Assembly: GCA_964658305.1 (NCBI GenBank)
Contig: OZ210885.1
Coordinates: 14,384,001-14,448,000 of the forward strand
Direction of reading: 5' to 3'
Source: Leptogorgia sarmentosa
Lineage: Eukaryota
Length of the DNA: 64,000 nt
Made by a program: the position numbers and the translations under genes. Under the pieces are notes generated by a model that had not been told where the DNA came from, ran no database searches, and was given only the letters and a program-made list of their open reading frames with translations. This document shows positions 42,271 through 55,320 of this stretch, piece after piece (position 1 is the stretch's first letter; each line of letters starts with the position of its first letter).

Positions 42271-42964
42271 GGCCCCTACAAGTTAATCATTAGTTTCTGG
42301 TCCGCCGCCCGCATCCTATATTTGGAAATGATTATTTTAAAAATAGTCCTAAAGTTAAGTACTTTTACCTGAAAATTTTATTTTCGGTATTGTCGTTAGA
42401 TATTGGCAGCCATCTTTGCCACTTTGCACAAAAAACGCTATTACATCATGAAGTATTAGCGTATTAATACCGCTGTAGTATAGGTCTGTGGTCTCTTTTG
42501 GGCGTCATGGCGCCGCAACGGGATCATTGAAAGGTAATTATCATATTTATTAAAATCCTTCATGATCTGTCATGCATGTCGATTCTTGAGAATAATAAAT
42601 CAAGTCTTCACTATGATTTTATAATATGTTGATACAACTGGCATGACAAGGAACGAATTCTGTACAGTAGGCAAGGAGCATGGCCGAAAACAAAAAACTT
42701 CTAAATGCATTGCCGTTGATTGACTCGATTGTCAGTCATTGTGTGTCAATGCATTTTATCGTAGTTACTAAAACACGGAACGTGCCACAACGATCCACAA
42801 CGACCCACAACGATCCACAACCACCCACAATGATCCACAACCACCCGAAACGAACGAAAAATAACTATTAAAAATAACTATGTTAGGATATGTTCAACCC
42901 AAATAAAGTTCATTTAGAATCTAAATGGAATTTAAATCCGATCCGATAAGTATTGCGAAATTAA

Positions 42965-43580
42965 TGTATCAGTCAAATCCAAGCGTGCCCATCCCCCCCC
43001 CCCCGGGCAAACCCCCGGGCTTTTGACAATTTTTCAAAATATTCTGCAAATTCCCGGGGGTGGGGATAAAAACACATGAAAAAACCCGGCTGTGGGGCAA
43101 GAAATATGTAGCAAATCCCCCACCCCGGGGACAGTTGAACTGTATTTGATGTATGAACGGAAAAGAAAGTGGTATATTTAAAATGATAAGACAATAATAC
43201 AATTTTAGAGAAAGTCTAGGGATATTTCGCTAGAGATTTGTAGGGATAATTTGGGGTAATTTGGGATAAAATTGCCGGACGAACAGCCACGTCATATTAT
43301 TAAATTGAAACTCAATTCCAAGAACTATGATAAACACTAGCAATGTAAAACTACTTGTTTTATACAAGCTAGTTTTCCCGGTTTATGGCTCTAGATCGCT
43401 CTACAAAGAAAGTTATCCAGCCTCAATGGTTGTAAAACCTTCAATCCTTAGTTTCAAATGCCCCACCCCCGGGCAAATGTTTGTGTTCAAATGCCCAACC
43501 CCGGGGATGTGCTTGACAGGAAAATGCCCCGCAGTAGCCCGGGGGGGGGGGGATGGGCACGCTTGGATTTGACTGATACA
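42965..43580. mobile_element. MITE, 616 bp, TG..CA termini, TAA TSD, G/C-run-rich TIRs; superfamily unassigned
   Basis: tgtatcagtcaaatccaagcgtgcccat(c)n gggc ... gccc(g)n atgggcacgcttggatttgactgataca, flanked by taa (42962-42964 / 43581-43583). Internal repeated aaatgccccaccccc(g)ggg motifs. Confidence 0.88.
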
Positions 43581-45234
43581 TAACAAACGTGCAACAAGCA
43601 ACGGGACTTGTCGCCGGCCGGTATATTCAACCGGCTGTTGCGGGCATGTTGCTGGCCGAACTGCCTGCTGTCGGGTCGGACAGCAGAGACAGCATGGCGG
43701 ACAATATGGCGGACACATTTTTAAAAGGTATGGTATATACAGTATGTTTACTAGTCTAAAATGTTTTATGTATAGAAAGTAATACTAATATGACTACGGC
43801 AACACGTGGTAAGTATTCGCTATGTACTCTTTGCGTACTGTTACTGTACAAAATGTAAGTAAACTAATTGTGTTTAGATTTAAATGATTTGCGTTGATTA
43901 TACGTTTTAATATTAATATAGGGTTTAACTTTAAGCCTGTTCCACTTCGTAATTGACTCGTACCGTGGCGATTTCTTTTGCGTGATAGTCATTGTTTCGT
44001 TAGGCACTCAAAACTTAACAATCGCATGATTGATTTAAGTACTTTGTTAATATTATTAGTTCTGTTAGTTAGTGACAATGACAGACCTTGTCAGTTCGAC
44101 AGTCAGATAATTATATATATATATTGCATGATTAAGACCTATAATTTAGTTGAGTTAGGAGCAGTGGTGAGAAGGCTATCCTGTGAATTTGTTCTGCTAA
44201 CCTGTAGCTACTGTTTATATTGTTAGAGTGTAGTGACCCGCCAAAGAAGTAAGTAACATTTGATTTAGAGAACTTCTATGGTTTGTTATAGGTAATTAAT
44301 TTAATCTTAATTTACTCATATTAATCATTGTATATAACTTTAATAGATCGAATAGTATCAATATCAACACCATATCACCAGTTCGTATAATATACTCAAA
44401 ACTATACGATTACGGGCCTGACTACACTAACTTACTAAAAGAGTGTACGACTCTGACGGACCAGTCATATAGTCTTGCTCTGATGCTCATGAAATAATAG
44501 AATATGCTACGTTTCGTTAGTTACGATACGGCTGATGTGGAAAACGGGGTTAATAACAACTGTGCAGTCTTGTTTATACTTGTACTGTAGTTGTATCCAT
44601 ATTCATATATATATATATATATTGATATAAGCCAATAGTAGAAATATGGACTTGGTGAACTGCCAAATGTACTTCTGGCTGTTGACATTTTGGAATATAC
44701 AGAATATGTAACAACTGGGCTGCTACTTTTTTCAGATATTCTCATATGTGTCTCGTCTGACTCTGAAGACGGTGAGTGCTATTTTAATTTTGGTACTAAA
44801 TTTTCACAACAATTTAAATTAATTAACCCATACACTACTGTACAGTATGGAAGATCACAGCCAAGTCCCAATAATGAGATCTTCGACTATTCCTGCATCC
44901 CATTACTCTTGGCAGCACTGATTGAAAACCTTTCTTCTAAATAAGATGTTTTCTAGGAGCTGCCTAGAATACCCCCCTTTTTATAATTTCTGAATTCCCG
45001 GATACCTGATCATGTCAATGGGCTTCTCACATTTACCTATCAAAACACCATTCCAATGGAATCATCAATTGTTCCCCTATTGAGGTATTTGGATATCCAA
45101 GTGTATGTGTTCAAAACAGAAACAGAAATGTGTGAAGGTGGAAGTTAAACATAATATTACTCAGTAGAAATGTGTGAAAAACTTTAATATCATCTGTGCT
45201 GGATCTCATGTGATATTGCCTTTGTGTCTTTATA

Positions 45235-46047
45235 CAGGGTGTATCAAAAAAAACGCAATCCAAGTTTAAGGCTTTATAACCAAAATAATATAGATTTCCA
45301 TGTCTTAACTTTTAGTTCATGTTTTAGCCCTATCTTTTTTCTACTCAATAAGTGGTCGATTGTGACTTTTTAGGCCATTTAGGACTTCAAAATAAGTGAT
45401 TTACTGCAAGCAGTCATTTTTAGATGCTTCGAATTCGACGTTCTTAATTCCGAAGGGGACGTTATCGTTGCATGCGAATATTTTGTTTGAAATATTTTCG
45501 CGAAATAATTTTAAAGTCTTAGGCATCATGCCACAGCTCACTACAGCAGAAATAACTTTTATTGTTGAAGGTTACTTTGTAACAAAAAGTATTCAGGAAG
45601 TTTTAAGATTGTTTCGAATAGCTTTTCCGGATCGACAAGTCCCAAATTCGACGACCGTTTGGCGTAACGTACGTAAATACCGGCAGATACAGCTTGAAGC
45701 AGATGCTTTACATGGAAATCATGAACTAATAAGAAGAGTTGCACGGGAAATACAACGTCGAAGTGATTTGTGTGTGCTGAGAAAGCCAGGCCACGTTGAA
45801 TGATTGTAACCAACTAAAGTTAAATTTTTAATAAAATTCAAGCTATCTCAAATTTTAAATTGTCCAATCACACTTACTAAAAATATCATTACTCGCTCAT
45901 TTCCAACTCAAATTTAACAAACAAGCAGTCTTAAGAAAGCGGAATGATAGAGCTTTCTAACGGTGGTAAATATAGCCTATTTTCTATTACTTTTCGTTAT
46001 GAAAATTGCATTTGAACGTAGGATTGCGTTTTTTTTTATACACCCTG
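45235..46047 (+). mobile_element. Internally deleted Tc1/mariner element, 813 bp
   Basis: TIRs cagggtgtatcaaaaaaaacgcaatcc / ggattgcgtttttttttatacaccctg; TA TSD (45233-45234 / 46048-46049). Confidence 0.92.
45528..45803 (+). pseudogene. Tc1/mariner transposase remnant: N-terminal HTH (DUF4817-like) fused in frame to the C-terminal tail; catalytic domain deleted
   Basis: MPQLTTAEITFIVEGYFVTKSIQEVLRLFRIAFPDRQVPNSTTVWRNVRKYR.. joined to ..ELIRRVAREIQRRSDLCVLRKPGHVE*. Confidence 0.8.
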
Positions 46048-46586
46048 TAGAGACTTTCATAGAGAAGGTTAAAGTTGAGCAGGTTAAAGTTGAGCAGGTA
46101 CAGCCATACAGTTTATTTTTTGAAGATGAGTCTAGTATATCAGCCAGTTTGAGAATATCAATTGTCTGGCAATTAGCCAGCTGGAATGAAATGATAAGGT
46201 TATATTTATACTGACAGTATAACTTGTGGTGTGGTGTGGAGTGAAATGTGGAGTGAAATACTAAAAGTGGTCTGATCATTATTTGGTTCTACCTCAAATT
46301 GAATATAAAGTACCATTACTCTTTGTTTTCCACAAATTCTGTGCTGACTACTGTCACTCAGTTTTGTTCAGTCTGTCTTTTGCAGTGTTTATGGTTAAAG
46401 GTGATGTTTTTATTGCAATTTTTGACACATAGGAATGTGGTCCATATATCACAACAGCCAAGTAAGTACATATTTTATTTTATTTTATGTACACTATTTA
46501 AGATACATGTAATGTGCTGACTGATACACTATTAAAAGAATGCTGTATAATATATGGATTCCTGTGCACTATTCTCTTTCTTATTC

Positions 46587-46808
46587 CATAGGTGGCCCAA
46601 AAAACGGTTTCTTTAGGTTAAAATGTCCAAAACTCGCGTGTACGCGCGCGACTGTTAGGGGAATGGGCCGAGATTTCACTGCATTTGTTTTCTGCTGACA
46701 ACAAACAATACATGACAAACAAACTAACGTTTATTACAAATTTTAACCTAAAGAAACCGTTTTTTTTGAAATTTTAACCTAAAGAAACCGTTTTTTGGGC
46801 TACCTATG
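46587..46808. mobile_element. P-element-type MITE, 222 bp
   Basis: TIRs cataggtggcccaaaaaacggtttctttaggttaaaat / attttaacctaaagaaaccgttttttgggctacctatg. CA..TG ends, 7-bp TSD cttattc (46580-46586 / 46809-46815), and a partial extra copy of the right TIR at about 46738-46766. Confidence 0.8.
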
Positions 46809-47141
46809 CTTATTCTTGCATGTGTGAGGTTCTAAGGCTCTTGGAAAAGACATACAAGCCATAGACTAATGTTTTTTAGTTTTATGAATGTTGGGCAACT
46901 GGTGGTTGTGCTTTATCGGCAAGCGATTGTTGTGTACGCAATAGTTCGACACACAAGACTGCCAGCTACGCAGGCTAATACAAACCATATCGTATATGTT
47001 TTATAATTAAATAACAAAGAATAACAAGCATTTCAACTTTTCAGAAAATTGTGGTCAAATTTCCCACTATATAGGATACTGTTGGATGTGAAATGTCTGA
47101 TCTATGCACCAGACGATGATAACCCTTAACTATGTTTTTAG

Positions 47142-49714
47142 TGACTCCAAGGTACTGACAAGTGTCCATGGGTCTGAAAATATTGATAATGTCGACGAAG
47201 CAGACCACGTCACTATTTTAAATATCCTATTGCAAAACCCTGAAGAACTCAACCTCAAGGAGAAGCCATCAGCTATACGACAAAACAAGATGTTCACTTT
47301 AGATTCGCATGAAATTCCAATAGCTTCGGCTAAAGCTGATGATAATGGTGCTTACAATAACAATGGGTCCGCGACAAAATTTTACAGATATAATGAAGAG
47401 GGATCACGTACTGCCCACGAGAATGAGAACAATGTGTGGTACATTAATGTTAGAAGCTCTAAAAGCTACAGCAAGGTCCTAGTACCGGAGAAAGAAATAT
47501 ACCAACTGAAGCGCGAGTATTGCATAAGCAAGAGTAATCCGAAATTTTCCCGAACGATAGTCACTGTCAAAGCCGTCAATGAGAAAGAAATCAAGCCATT
47601 TTATCTTGTTATTTACAAGTGGTCTGGTGAAGGCCCTTGTGAATTTCATGTACCCCGACATGGAAATGCTACCAGACCCTCGAGTTCTCAGTATTACAGA
47701 AAGGATCCCAGCCTTTTTGAAGAGGTGGATGACATGCCTAAAAGTGGTTTATCAACAGAGCAAATATATAGTTCCACTGTAAGGAAAGAACCTGCAACAG
47801 TGAGCGAAACAGTATCTGGCCCGAAGCTAATCAATAACAGAAAGCAATCCATGAAAAAGAATGAATCCTCCTGTTCTTCTGGTGGTATTAAATATAACGT
47901 CCTGAGTGAAGCTGAAGCCATGATATCGAGTCTCAAGAGCAATCCTGTGCTCCAATCCGTGACGTTCACAAAGGAAAACTACTCAACATTTAACAGTCTT
48001 CCTAACATGACCAACGACCTCTACCGTTTCTGCGTTGTTGGCAATTCAATTTTGAGAGTCGACACTACATTCGAACTTGTTGACGGTTTGTGGCTCACAG
48101 ATACGACGTATGCAAACGAAGCGTTGCTTGACACAAACAACAAACACCCAGAATTCCCAGGACCGAGTTTTTGGCATTTCCGCAAGACACGAGAGTGTTA
48201 TCGGCGATTTGCTGGCGAGATTATTGTAAATAAGCCAGAGTTGCTCGGTATAAAGAAAGTTGGGCATGATATGGATAAAGCGCTATCTCAAGGTTTGTGT
48301 GATGTATTTCGGGACGCAAAGAAGCTTTGGTGTACTCAACATATGCAAGAACGCAATGCCCACAAACTGAAGACCATCGGTTGCAATCAGCGTACACAAA
48401 CAAGAGTGATGGCAGATATATACGGTGCCCAAGGTGACGTGCTTCTGCAAAACGGCCTAGCAGATGCTGAGGATGAAAATGATTTTGATGTCAAGCTTGC
48501 AAGCCTGAAACCTGTCTGGGACGAGATAGCACCCGGATTTCACCAATGGTTTAAAAACCACAGAAGCAAGATGTTCAAAGATTGCCTGGTCCTTTCTGCC
48601 AGGGAAAATCTTGGCATCAATGGGAGATTTTATACGAATGGCTTGGAGCTGAAACACAAACTTCAAAAGATGAATATGAGAGAGGAGGACGTTCCTGAAG
48701 AAGTAGCAGCTGTGACACTCCAGTTGTACAGGTTGTATTCCTACATTTATGATCACTTTTGCGACGTTTCCTATTAACATTTAAGCATGACATTCTCTAT
48801 AGATTCTCTATATACATTGCTACTCATTATTCATTTGCAGGTGGGCAGAAGACTTCTATTTAGAAGAGGCTAGAGCAGTTAGGGGTTTAGGCAAGTACCG
48901 CTTAGCCCCAGGCTATGACCATTTTCGAGTCGATGCTGTCATGTGGAACAGGTGGGGCCCAGCTAGGCAATCGCAACACTTGCAGTCATTTAGAAGTTTC
49001 ATCCCACGCGCCTATGATACGTACAGCAAGCCAGTGTCGGCTGGATTGAAAGCCAATCCCAGTTCTATGAAGAGAAGGTCAACGCGACCTGAACCTGAAT
49101 TGTTTGTTGATCGAATAACGCCACCTGTTGCAAAGAAGGTATCTCCTTTAAGGATTTCCAAAGTTGGAAACGACCCGAATTGGAAGGTAAAGTTATTTAG
49201 CGTTTCATGGATTTGATTAGGAATTTTTTTAGTGTAGTACAAATTCACGAAAATGGCGAAATGTACGAAATATTTAAATATGACATTTTCTTGTATGTAC
49301 AAATATATTTAGGTGCAACAAAAGAGCCTTGTCACAGGTAGTGTACAGAAGGACTCGCGACTTGAGATGCTAGATCCAGACCGCATTGCTGGCAAACAGT
49401 ACGAGCTCGTACATCGTAGTGACACAAAATTGTGTCCCAAGATGGTACAAAGGTGTGAACAATGCCGCGTATCGTTTCACCAGGCAGATATCGTGTTGGT
49501 CAAGACCGTAGGCATCCGTGAGCGAACTGACAAATCGGGCAAGCAAGTCAAGTACTCAGGGAATGTATATTTACATTACTTGACCAAATGTCTCGCCGAT
49601 TTCGATCAGAATTTTTCCTTTTCTGCTATTACCGTTCCTGCGCGCACTTTGACCTTCCTTCCTGAAGGTAGTCGTGAGACATTTGCGGCTAAAGGACTGC
49701 AAGTGGAAGTTTAA
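47142..49714 (+). CDS. MULE/MuDR-family DDE transposase; last three exons open (47142-48731, 48841-49186, 49313-49714); 5' exons probably lie at 43706-45150 and look damaged
   Basis: Motifs ILRVDTTFEL (D1), GHDMDKAL (D2), LWCTQH (CxxH) and FYTNGLE (E); EARAVRGLGKYRL after splicing; C-terminal CEQC..YLHYLTKCL zinc-finger-like motif. GT-AG introns keep the frame. Confidence 0.85.
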
Positions 49715-51199
49715 TTATGAATCATCATTAATTTTAATGATCAGACTCTTATGGTTAAGTTAATGCTAAGTTATGGCTAAGTTAAATAAAATTCTTGATA
49801 TTTTGTTTTTCATTTTATGGTTGTTAGTGATTATCATGCATGTGCCAGGTGTCAACATTAATTTGTTCTGTCTGTACGTGAGCTCCTTGCGAGCTTGCAT
49901 TTTTAAATCCTTGCTTCAACTGCGGGGGAGCACGTTCGGGTGCAACTCATAATGAACATGGAGCAAGAAAGTTTGAATTGCGATATGAAATCGGTTCAAC
50001 TCACCATCACATAAACAAGCTTGCGCGTGTTGTAAAAAGTTAATTAGACAATTCTAACTATTAATTATAGGACGCAATAAAATTATTATTTATTATATAC
50101 TAATTACTTATTATTTGAATATTATTGTTTATACATGTGTACGGCCAAATCTGACTCTTCCAGTCCCTCGTTGGGTTTACGCAACCCGCTGTGTTGATTA
50201 CGCAGCCTAATCAAAATGCTGAGGTCGCAATGGATCCAAAGCGCGCATTCGGACCCTGTGAACGACTGGGTATGAATCAGCGGTCAAATTTAAAATTGCT
50301 CGTAGATGTTTCGAAAATAGTATTCCAACTAAACATGTATGTCAAAATTATCACATCTTGTCTTAATTCAACGATTTTAACGGCCTTTGTGCAAGAACAT
50401 CTTCGGTTCGGATTCGCGTTGGCTGTCATTGGTCGGAATAATGCGTGCCGAAATTATGAGTTTTTATGACCTCGTTGTGGTACCGACCCTAGGTAGTAAT
50501 ATAGAAATAAAGAAAATTTAAATGGTACATAATATTCGAGCTACAAAGTGCTTATGTATATAAAATGTAGCTACTAACTAGTAGGAGTTACTATTGCAAT
50601 ATCGCTATTCAACTGTTGACACACACCACTGACGGGCCGGTGTGCCCTTACCATAACCCTTACCTGGCTAATCCTATAAACCTAAACCTAACATCAACGA
50701 CTCCAACAAATATGAAGATGGTTTCGAACTCTAAATTCATTTGTGGAGTCGATTGTGGCGTCGATTGTGGATCGTTGTGGGTCGTTGCGGATTGTTGTGG
50801 GTCGTTGTGGATCGTTGTGGCACGTTGTGGGTCGTTGTGAATCGTTGTGGCACGTTCCGTGTTTTAGTAACTATGTGCATTTTATACAACGCACTTTTTA
50901 AATATTAAAATCAAACATTTTTGTAACACCTGTAACGAACTTAAATATTTATTTGTCCATTAAAAAGATATTCGTTTGCATTTTTGCAAGATATTAGATA
51001 TTTAAAATACTTCATGTAGATCAATTATTTTGGTTTAGAGATTTTACTGTACTTTTAATGCAACACATCTACAGTTTTGGTTTGGGCCATTAAATATATA
51101 ATAATGCATTGTGATTGGTTTGAACATTTATTTTGGAAAGATTTCACTCAAGATAAATATTTTCTATTCAGGATGTCATAATATTGTGAGGGCAGCAGC

Positions 51200-54100
51200 A
51201 TGACGCTTGTAAACTGTTACATAGCCAAAGAGATAAAGCACCAAATACTTTATCCATGGACAGTCAGTAAATGTTGTAATGTTGCTACTATTCGAGAATA
51301 CTACAACAGCTTGAAACTGAATCTGTCGGAAGAAATCATTTGTGAACTTCAGTTAACTAGTGCATATATTGGCAATTCAAAGGTATCACTCGATAGAGTT
51401 GATCTTGACCTTGATTTGCAAGAAGCTGTTGGAGTGTTTGGTCCATTCATCAAATACCAAGTTGCAGAGAAGAATTGTAATGATCAAAACAAACAGTCGG
51501 GTGCATCAGCCTTTGATGTATTAATGAATACTCAAAGAGAGCTTTGCCAACGTAAACTTCCTAAAATAATTGAAAAACAGAACAAGACAAAGAAAGATGA
51601 ACTTTACAATAAAGTAGTTGATTTTCTTGAGGAACAGAACCTGGCATGGTCGAGCTCTGAAGTAGATTCATCGGGTGTTGCTTTAGTTCAAAACCTCATA
51701 GATTGTCTTTGGTACATTGACGGCCATCACCACGTCTTGGGAAAACAAGGCTGTTGCATCCCTGATATTTTTAGTTCATTTACTGGGTACAATCAACCTC
51801 AAGCATCAAAACATCGGAAACGAACTGTTGAAAACATGTCTGCTGCCTCAATTTCGGCAATTTCGTCTTCCTTGTTTGGATGTTTACAAGCAGACTACTG
51901 GAAACGTTCACACTTCCAAACCTTTAAGAAGCATGTTGAAGATTTAGCAGGTTCTTTGGCTTAGTATGGTGACTACCTAGTTTCAAAAAACAAGTGAATG
52001 AAAGATGTGCACAGTTCTGAAGTTCCTGTTCGCCAACTTTCTGAATCGTTGTCAGTGGAAATTGTAGAAGCGTCCGCTGCTCGTTATCCATGTTTTTGGA
52101 GCCTTGGGGAACGTCTGGATGACACTCTGCCATATCAACAAATTTTCCTCACCGATCTCTGTCCTGAAACTCCTCGACAACGCTATGAATACCTGCAAAA
52201 ACTTCAGCGTGGTCTGGACATCGCAGTCGTAATTATGACATTTTCGCCAGGAAACAATCGCGGTAACTTGCACTTCGTTTGGAAATATTGCAGTGATGAT
52301 AGCATGGAGACTATATTCGAAAAAAGCATCGCCGTGGTTGAATCTATCAAGCCTCAGCTTCCAACATACCACACCCGCGCTATGCGCAGAAACTTGTTTT
52401 GCAAGTTTGGCGGAATTTCCCCCCAAGTAAAACCTGCTGTCCTGAGACACTTTTACCGTGATCTCACTGGGGATACCTCTGCTTAATCTTACAGAAGAAG
52501 AAATTGATAGCAGAGTTTGCCAGGTTTTGGACATGGAACCTGAAGACCCACAAACGTTAATTGATCTTCGCAGTTTAAATTCTTCGACAGAGCGTGCAAA
52601 ATATGACGTTTTCTGGGACCATTGCTCTCAATACTTGAACGAAGGTGTTGGTACTGCCGTTGATGATCGTCCGTCGTCACTGTGAAGTAGTACATCTTGC
52701 ACAAGCAATTTCAATTCGAGACCTTCGCGAGCAAACCAAACTACGCTGTCCGGAAGGCACTGCAATACCGTCGATTGAATGGCTCCGACTTCAGTTTTGT
52801 CCAAAATCAAAGCACTCCAAGGTTGCATCACAGTATACTGGTATGCTAGTTTGTAATACTGTTTCTTTACGTGTCTGTCTCTCACAGATATATGTATGAT
52901 TGTATCCTGCATTTTTAATATCAGGTACTTCTCTAGTTCTCTACCATTGAATGCGACTGTCTTGCATCCTGAAAATTCATAAACAATTTTTTAATTAACT
53001 ATGGGATATATTTTATCTGAACGCGCAAGTTTATGTAAGACACACGGTATGTATTAAAGATCTTTGTTGTGTATCTTTGTTTTCAAGGTCGGCTAAATGT
53101 GAAGTACATGATACAAAAGAGGCAATGGAGAAAAGATTATTGTGATTCCCATTATGCAGCTGCGATTTTCCGATACAAAAGAGAGCTGGCTGTCAAATTT
53201 CGTGAAGTTACTACGTTTGCTTGCCTTGATGACAAGCATCGCGTAAAGGTGGGGGAACCAGGTTTCCCAGTAGCAGCAGCAGAACGAGGTCGTAGAGTGT
53301 TGGTGCGTGCTGGCGCATCATTTGAAGTTGGCGACCATGATTTTACGAAATTCAGCATGGTACCATCCGTTGTTCTGATGAACGACATACCAAGTGTCTT
53401 GGAAGATTCGTGGTATCGTGGACAAGTGATTGTTACACTAAAAGAAGGTGCGTTTGAGCCATCGTCACCTCTACATCATGCTGCAGAGCTGAGGCAATCA
53501 CTTCACCAAGAAAATGCTGCAGAGAATCCAATGCTGTGCTTGTATACAGATGGAGGACCGGATCACTGTATCACCTACCTTTCGGTACAAGTGGCACTGA
53601 TATGTCTATTCCTGTCACTAAATCTTGATTATTTGCTAGCAACAAGGACGGCGCCTTGCAATAGCTGGAGAAATCCAGTTGAACGCATCATGTCAACATT
53701 GAATCTTGGTTTACAGTCCGTTGGTCTCATGAGAGAAACTGGAGATGAAACCTTTGAAAAGGAAATGAAAAAGTGCAATAACATGGGTGATATGCGTAAA
53801 AAGGCTTCAGAAAATGAAAGCTTTCGCACTGCTTCCCTTGACTCTGTAGCTCCTGTTAAAGTCCTGCTGAGTCAAGTATTTCAAAGGCTTGAGCTGAAAG
53901 GAAAAGCAATCAAGATGAGTACCTCAGTCTCCCAGACAGATATTGATGCGTTGTGGCAGTCGTTAGCTGCCATTGTTCCCAATTGTCCTGAACCTGATCA
54001 GGTATATATTAATATATCATCACTCTTGTGCAGTAAAATAATTATGAATATAATGTTATTTAATTAATTAATTCCTGAAATGTTATAAATAGTTATATGC

Positions 54101-54797
54101 CTAATACCTTAAACATGAGTTCCTGATTTTTCAGGTACGTAGGCAGTCCTGCCTGGAAGGTCTACCGCAACTTTCAAAGTTTATGGATCACTGCTGTTGC
54201 CGACATCATTATTTCTTTGAAATAAAGAAGTGTGGAAAGGATGGATGTGATATTTGCAAACCAGTCCGCCTTCCACAAGAGGTATTTCAGCAAATCAAGC
54301 CATTCCCTAACCCAGAACCAGGTGCAGACGACCACTACAAATCCTTTGAGCAAATCTATGGCAAAGAAACCACTGAGAAATTTCGCCCGTCATTTCAGAA
54401 TAAACCCAAGAAGAAGCGAACGCTTCCATTTCATGGGAAGCTGCAGCATGTGGGTAATGCTGATTTGATGTTGGAATGTGAAGAGTGTGGAATGTGGAGG
54501 CTAGTATATGCCAAACGGAAACTACAACCACCAGAACGTAAAAGCTTAGAAGATGCGTTGAGTGGGACATCCTCTTGTGGCTCACCACTTCAAGAGCTTG
54601 ACTTGCCTGCTGAGTTAGAACAAAAGGTCTATGTGCGAGAGTTGCGTTGTCACGATCCCATTGAAATTCTGTATTACACAGCAAAGTACGAGCCAATCTG
54701 CATTTACTGTGGTGAGCGTGAGCCTTTTAGTGAAGCATATCTATACCCACAATGCAAGGACTGTAAGAACAAACAACCGATTGCCAAGACCAAGTAG
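51200..54797 (+). pseudogene. Zator/TP36-related DDE transposase with long N-terminal region and Cys-rich C-terminus; disabled
   Basis: Exons 51200-52840, 53088-54001 and 54135-54797. Motifs CLDDKHRVKVGEPG, GDHDF, LYTDGGPDH and RTAPCNSWRNPVERIMS. In-frame stops at 51962-51964 and 51995-51997; frameshifts near 52483 and 52670. Confidence 0.85.
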
Positions 54798-54881
54798 CTA
54801 GGCTGGTCGGCTGCTTGGATGCATATTCACAAAGATAAACTGCATGCTGTTTTTGCCATTTCTGTTATTATAGTTGCCTAT

Positions 54882-55120
54882 TACTTCTAATTGCATTCAA
54901 CCGCGCCGCGCACCGAATTTGACGCATTGTTTACCTCAGTAAAAGTTACGTTGACTGAGAGTCAACGTTACATTGACCTCATGTGAACGATACAAGTTGT
55001 CAAGCGTGTCGTTCACATGAGGTCAACGCAACGTTGACTCTCAGTCAATGTAAATTTTACTGAGGTATTAAACAACGCGTCAAATTCGGCACGCGGCGCG
55101 GTTGAATGCAATTAGCAGTA
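54882..55120. repeat. Fold-back palindrome of about 240 bp (MITE-like) in the 3' region of the Zator-like element
   Basis: ctaattgcattcaaccgcgccgcg..gacctcatgtgaacga pairs with tcgttcacatgaggtc..cgcggcgcggttgaatgcaattag; arms are about 110 bp, with TA at both ends. Confidence 0.88.
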
Positions 55121-55320
55121 TTTTCATTTTAACTTTGTATTTATATATCGTTATATTTACTAGCTAATATTGTAGCTATTTATGACTATTATGCTTGTTA
55201 AATAAAATATTTTACATATTTTTTACATATTGTGATTTATGTCCTATGTCCTAACCGCCCGCCCGCGTCCCAAGCGAAGGTAACCGCGGACCAGAAACTA
55301 ATAATTAACTTGTAAGGGCC

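Larger units (their letters stand above)
42760..50875 (+). mobile_element. Mutator-like (MULE/MuDR) DNA transposon, 8116 bp, nested in the Zator-like element
   Basis: TIRs cgtagttactaaaacacggaacgtgccacaacga.. / ..tcgttgtggcacgttccgtgttttagtaactatg run into 10-bp tandem units (ccacaacgay). 10-bp TSD tgcattttat (42750-42759 / 50876-50885). MULE transposase inside. Confidence 0.92.
42271..55320 (+). mobile_element. Zator-like DNA transposon (13050 bp including nested MULE; about 4.9 kb net)
   Basis: 35-bp TIRs ggcccctacaagttaatcattagtttctggtccgc (42271-42305) and 55286-55320 with 2 mismatches. GG..CC termini, TAA TSD (42268-42270 / 55321-55323), and a TP36/Zator-type transposase inside. Confidence 0.85.

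Noticed and set aside
50650..50695. Telomere-like taaccct/aaccta motifs
   Set aside because: Only a few degenerate units inside the MULE subterminal region; not a TTAGGG tract.
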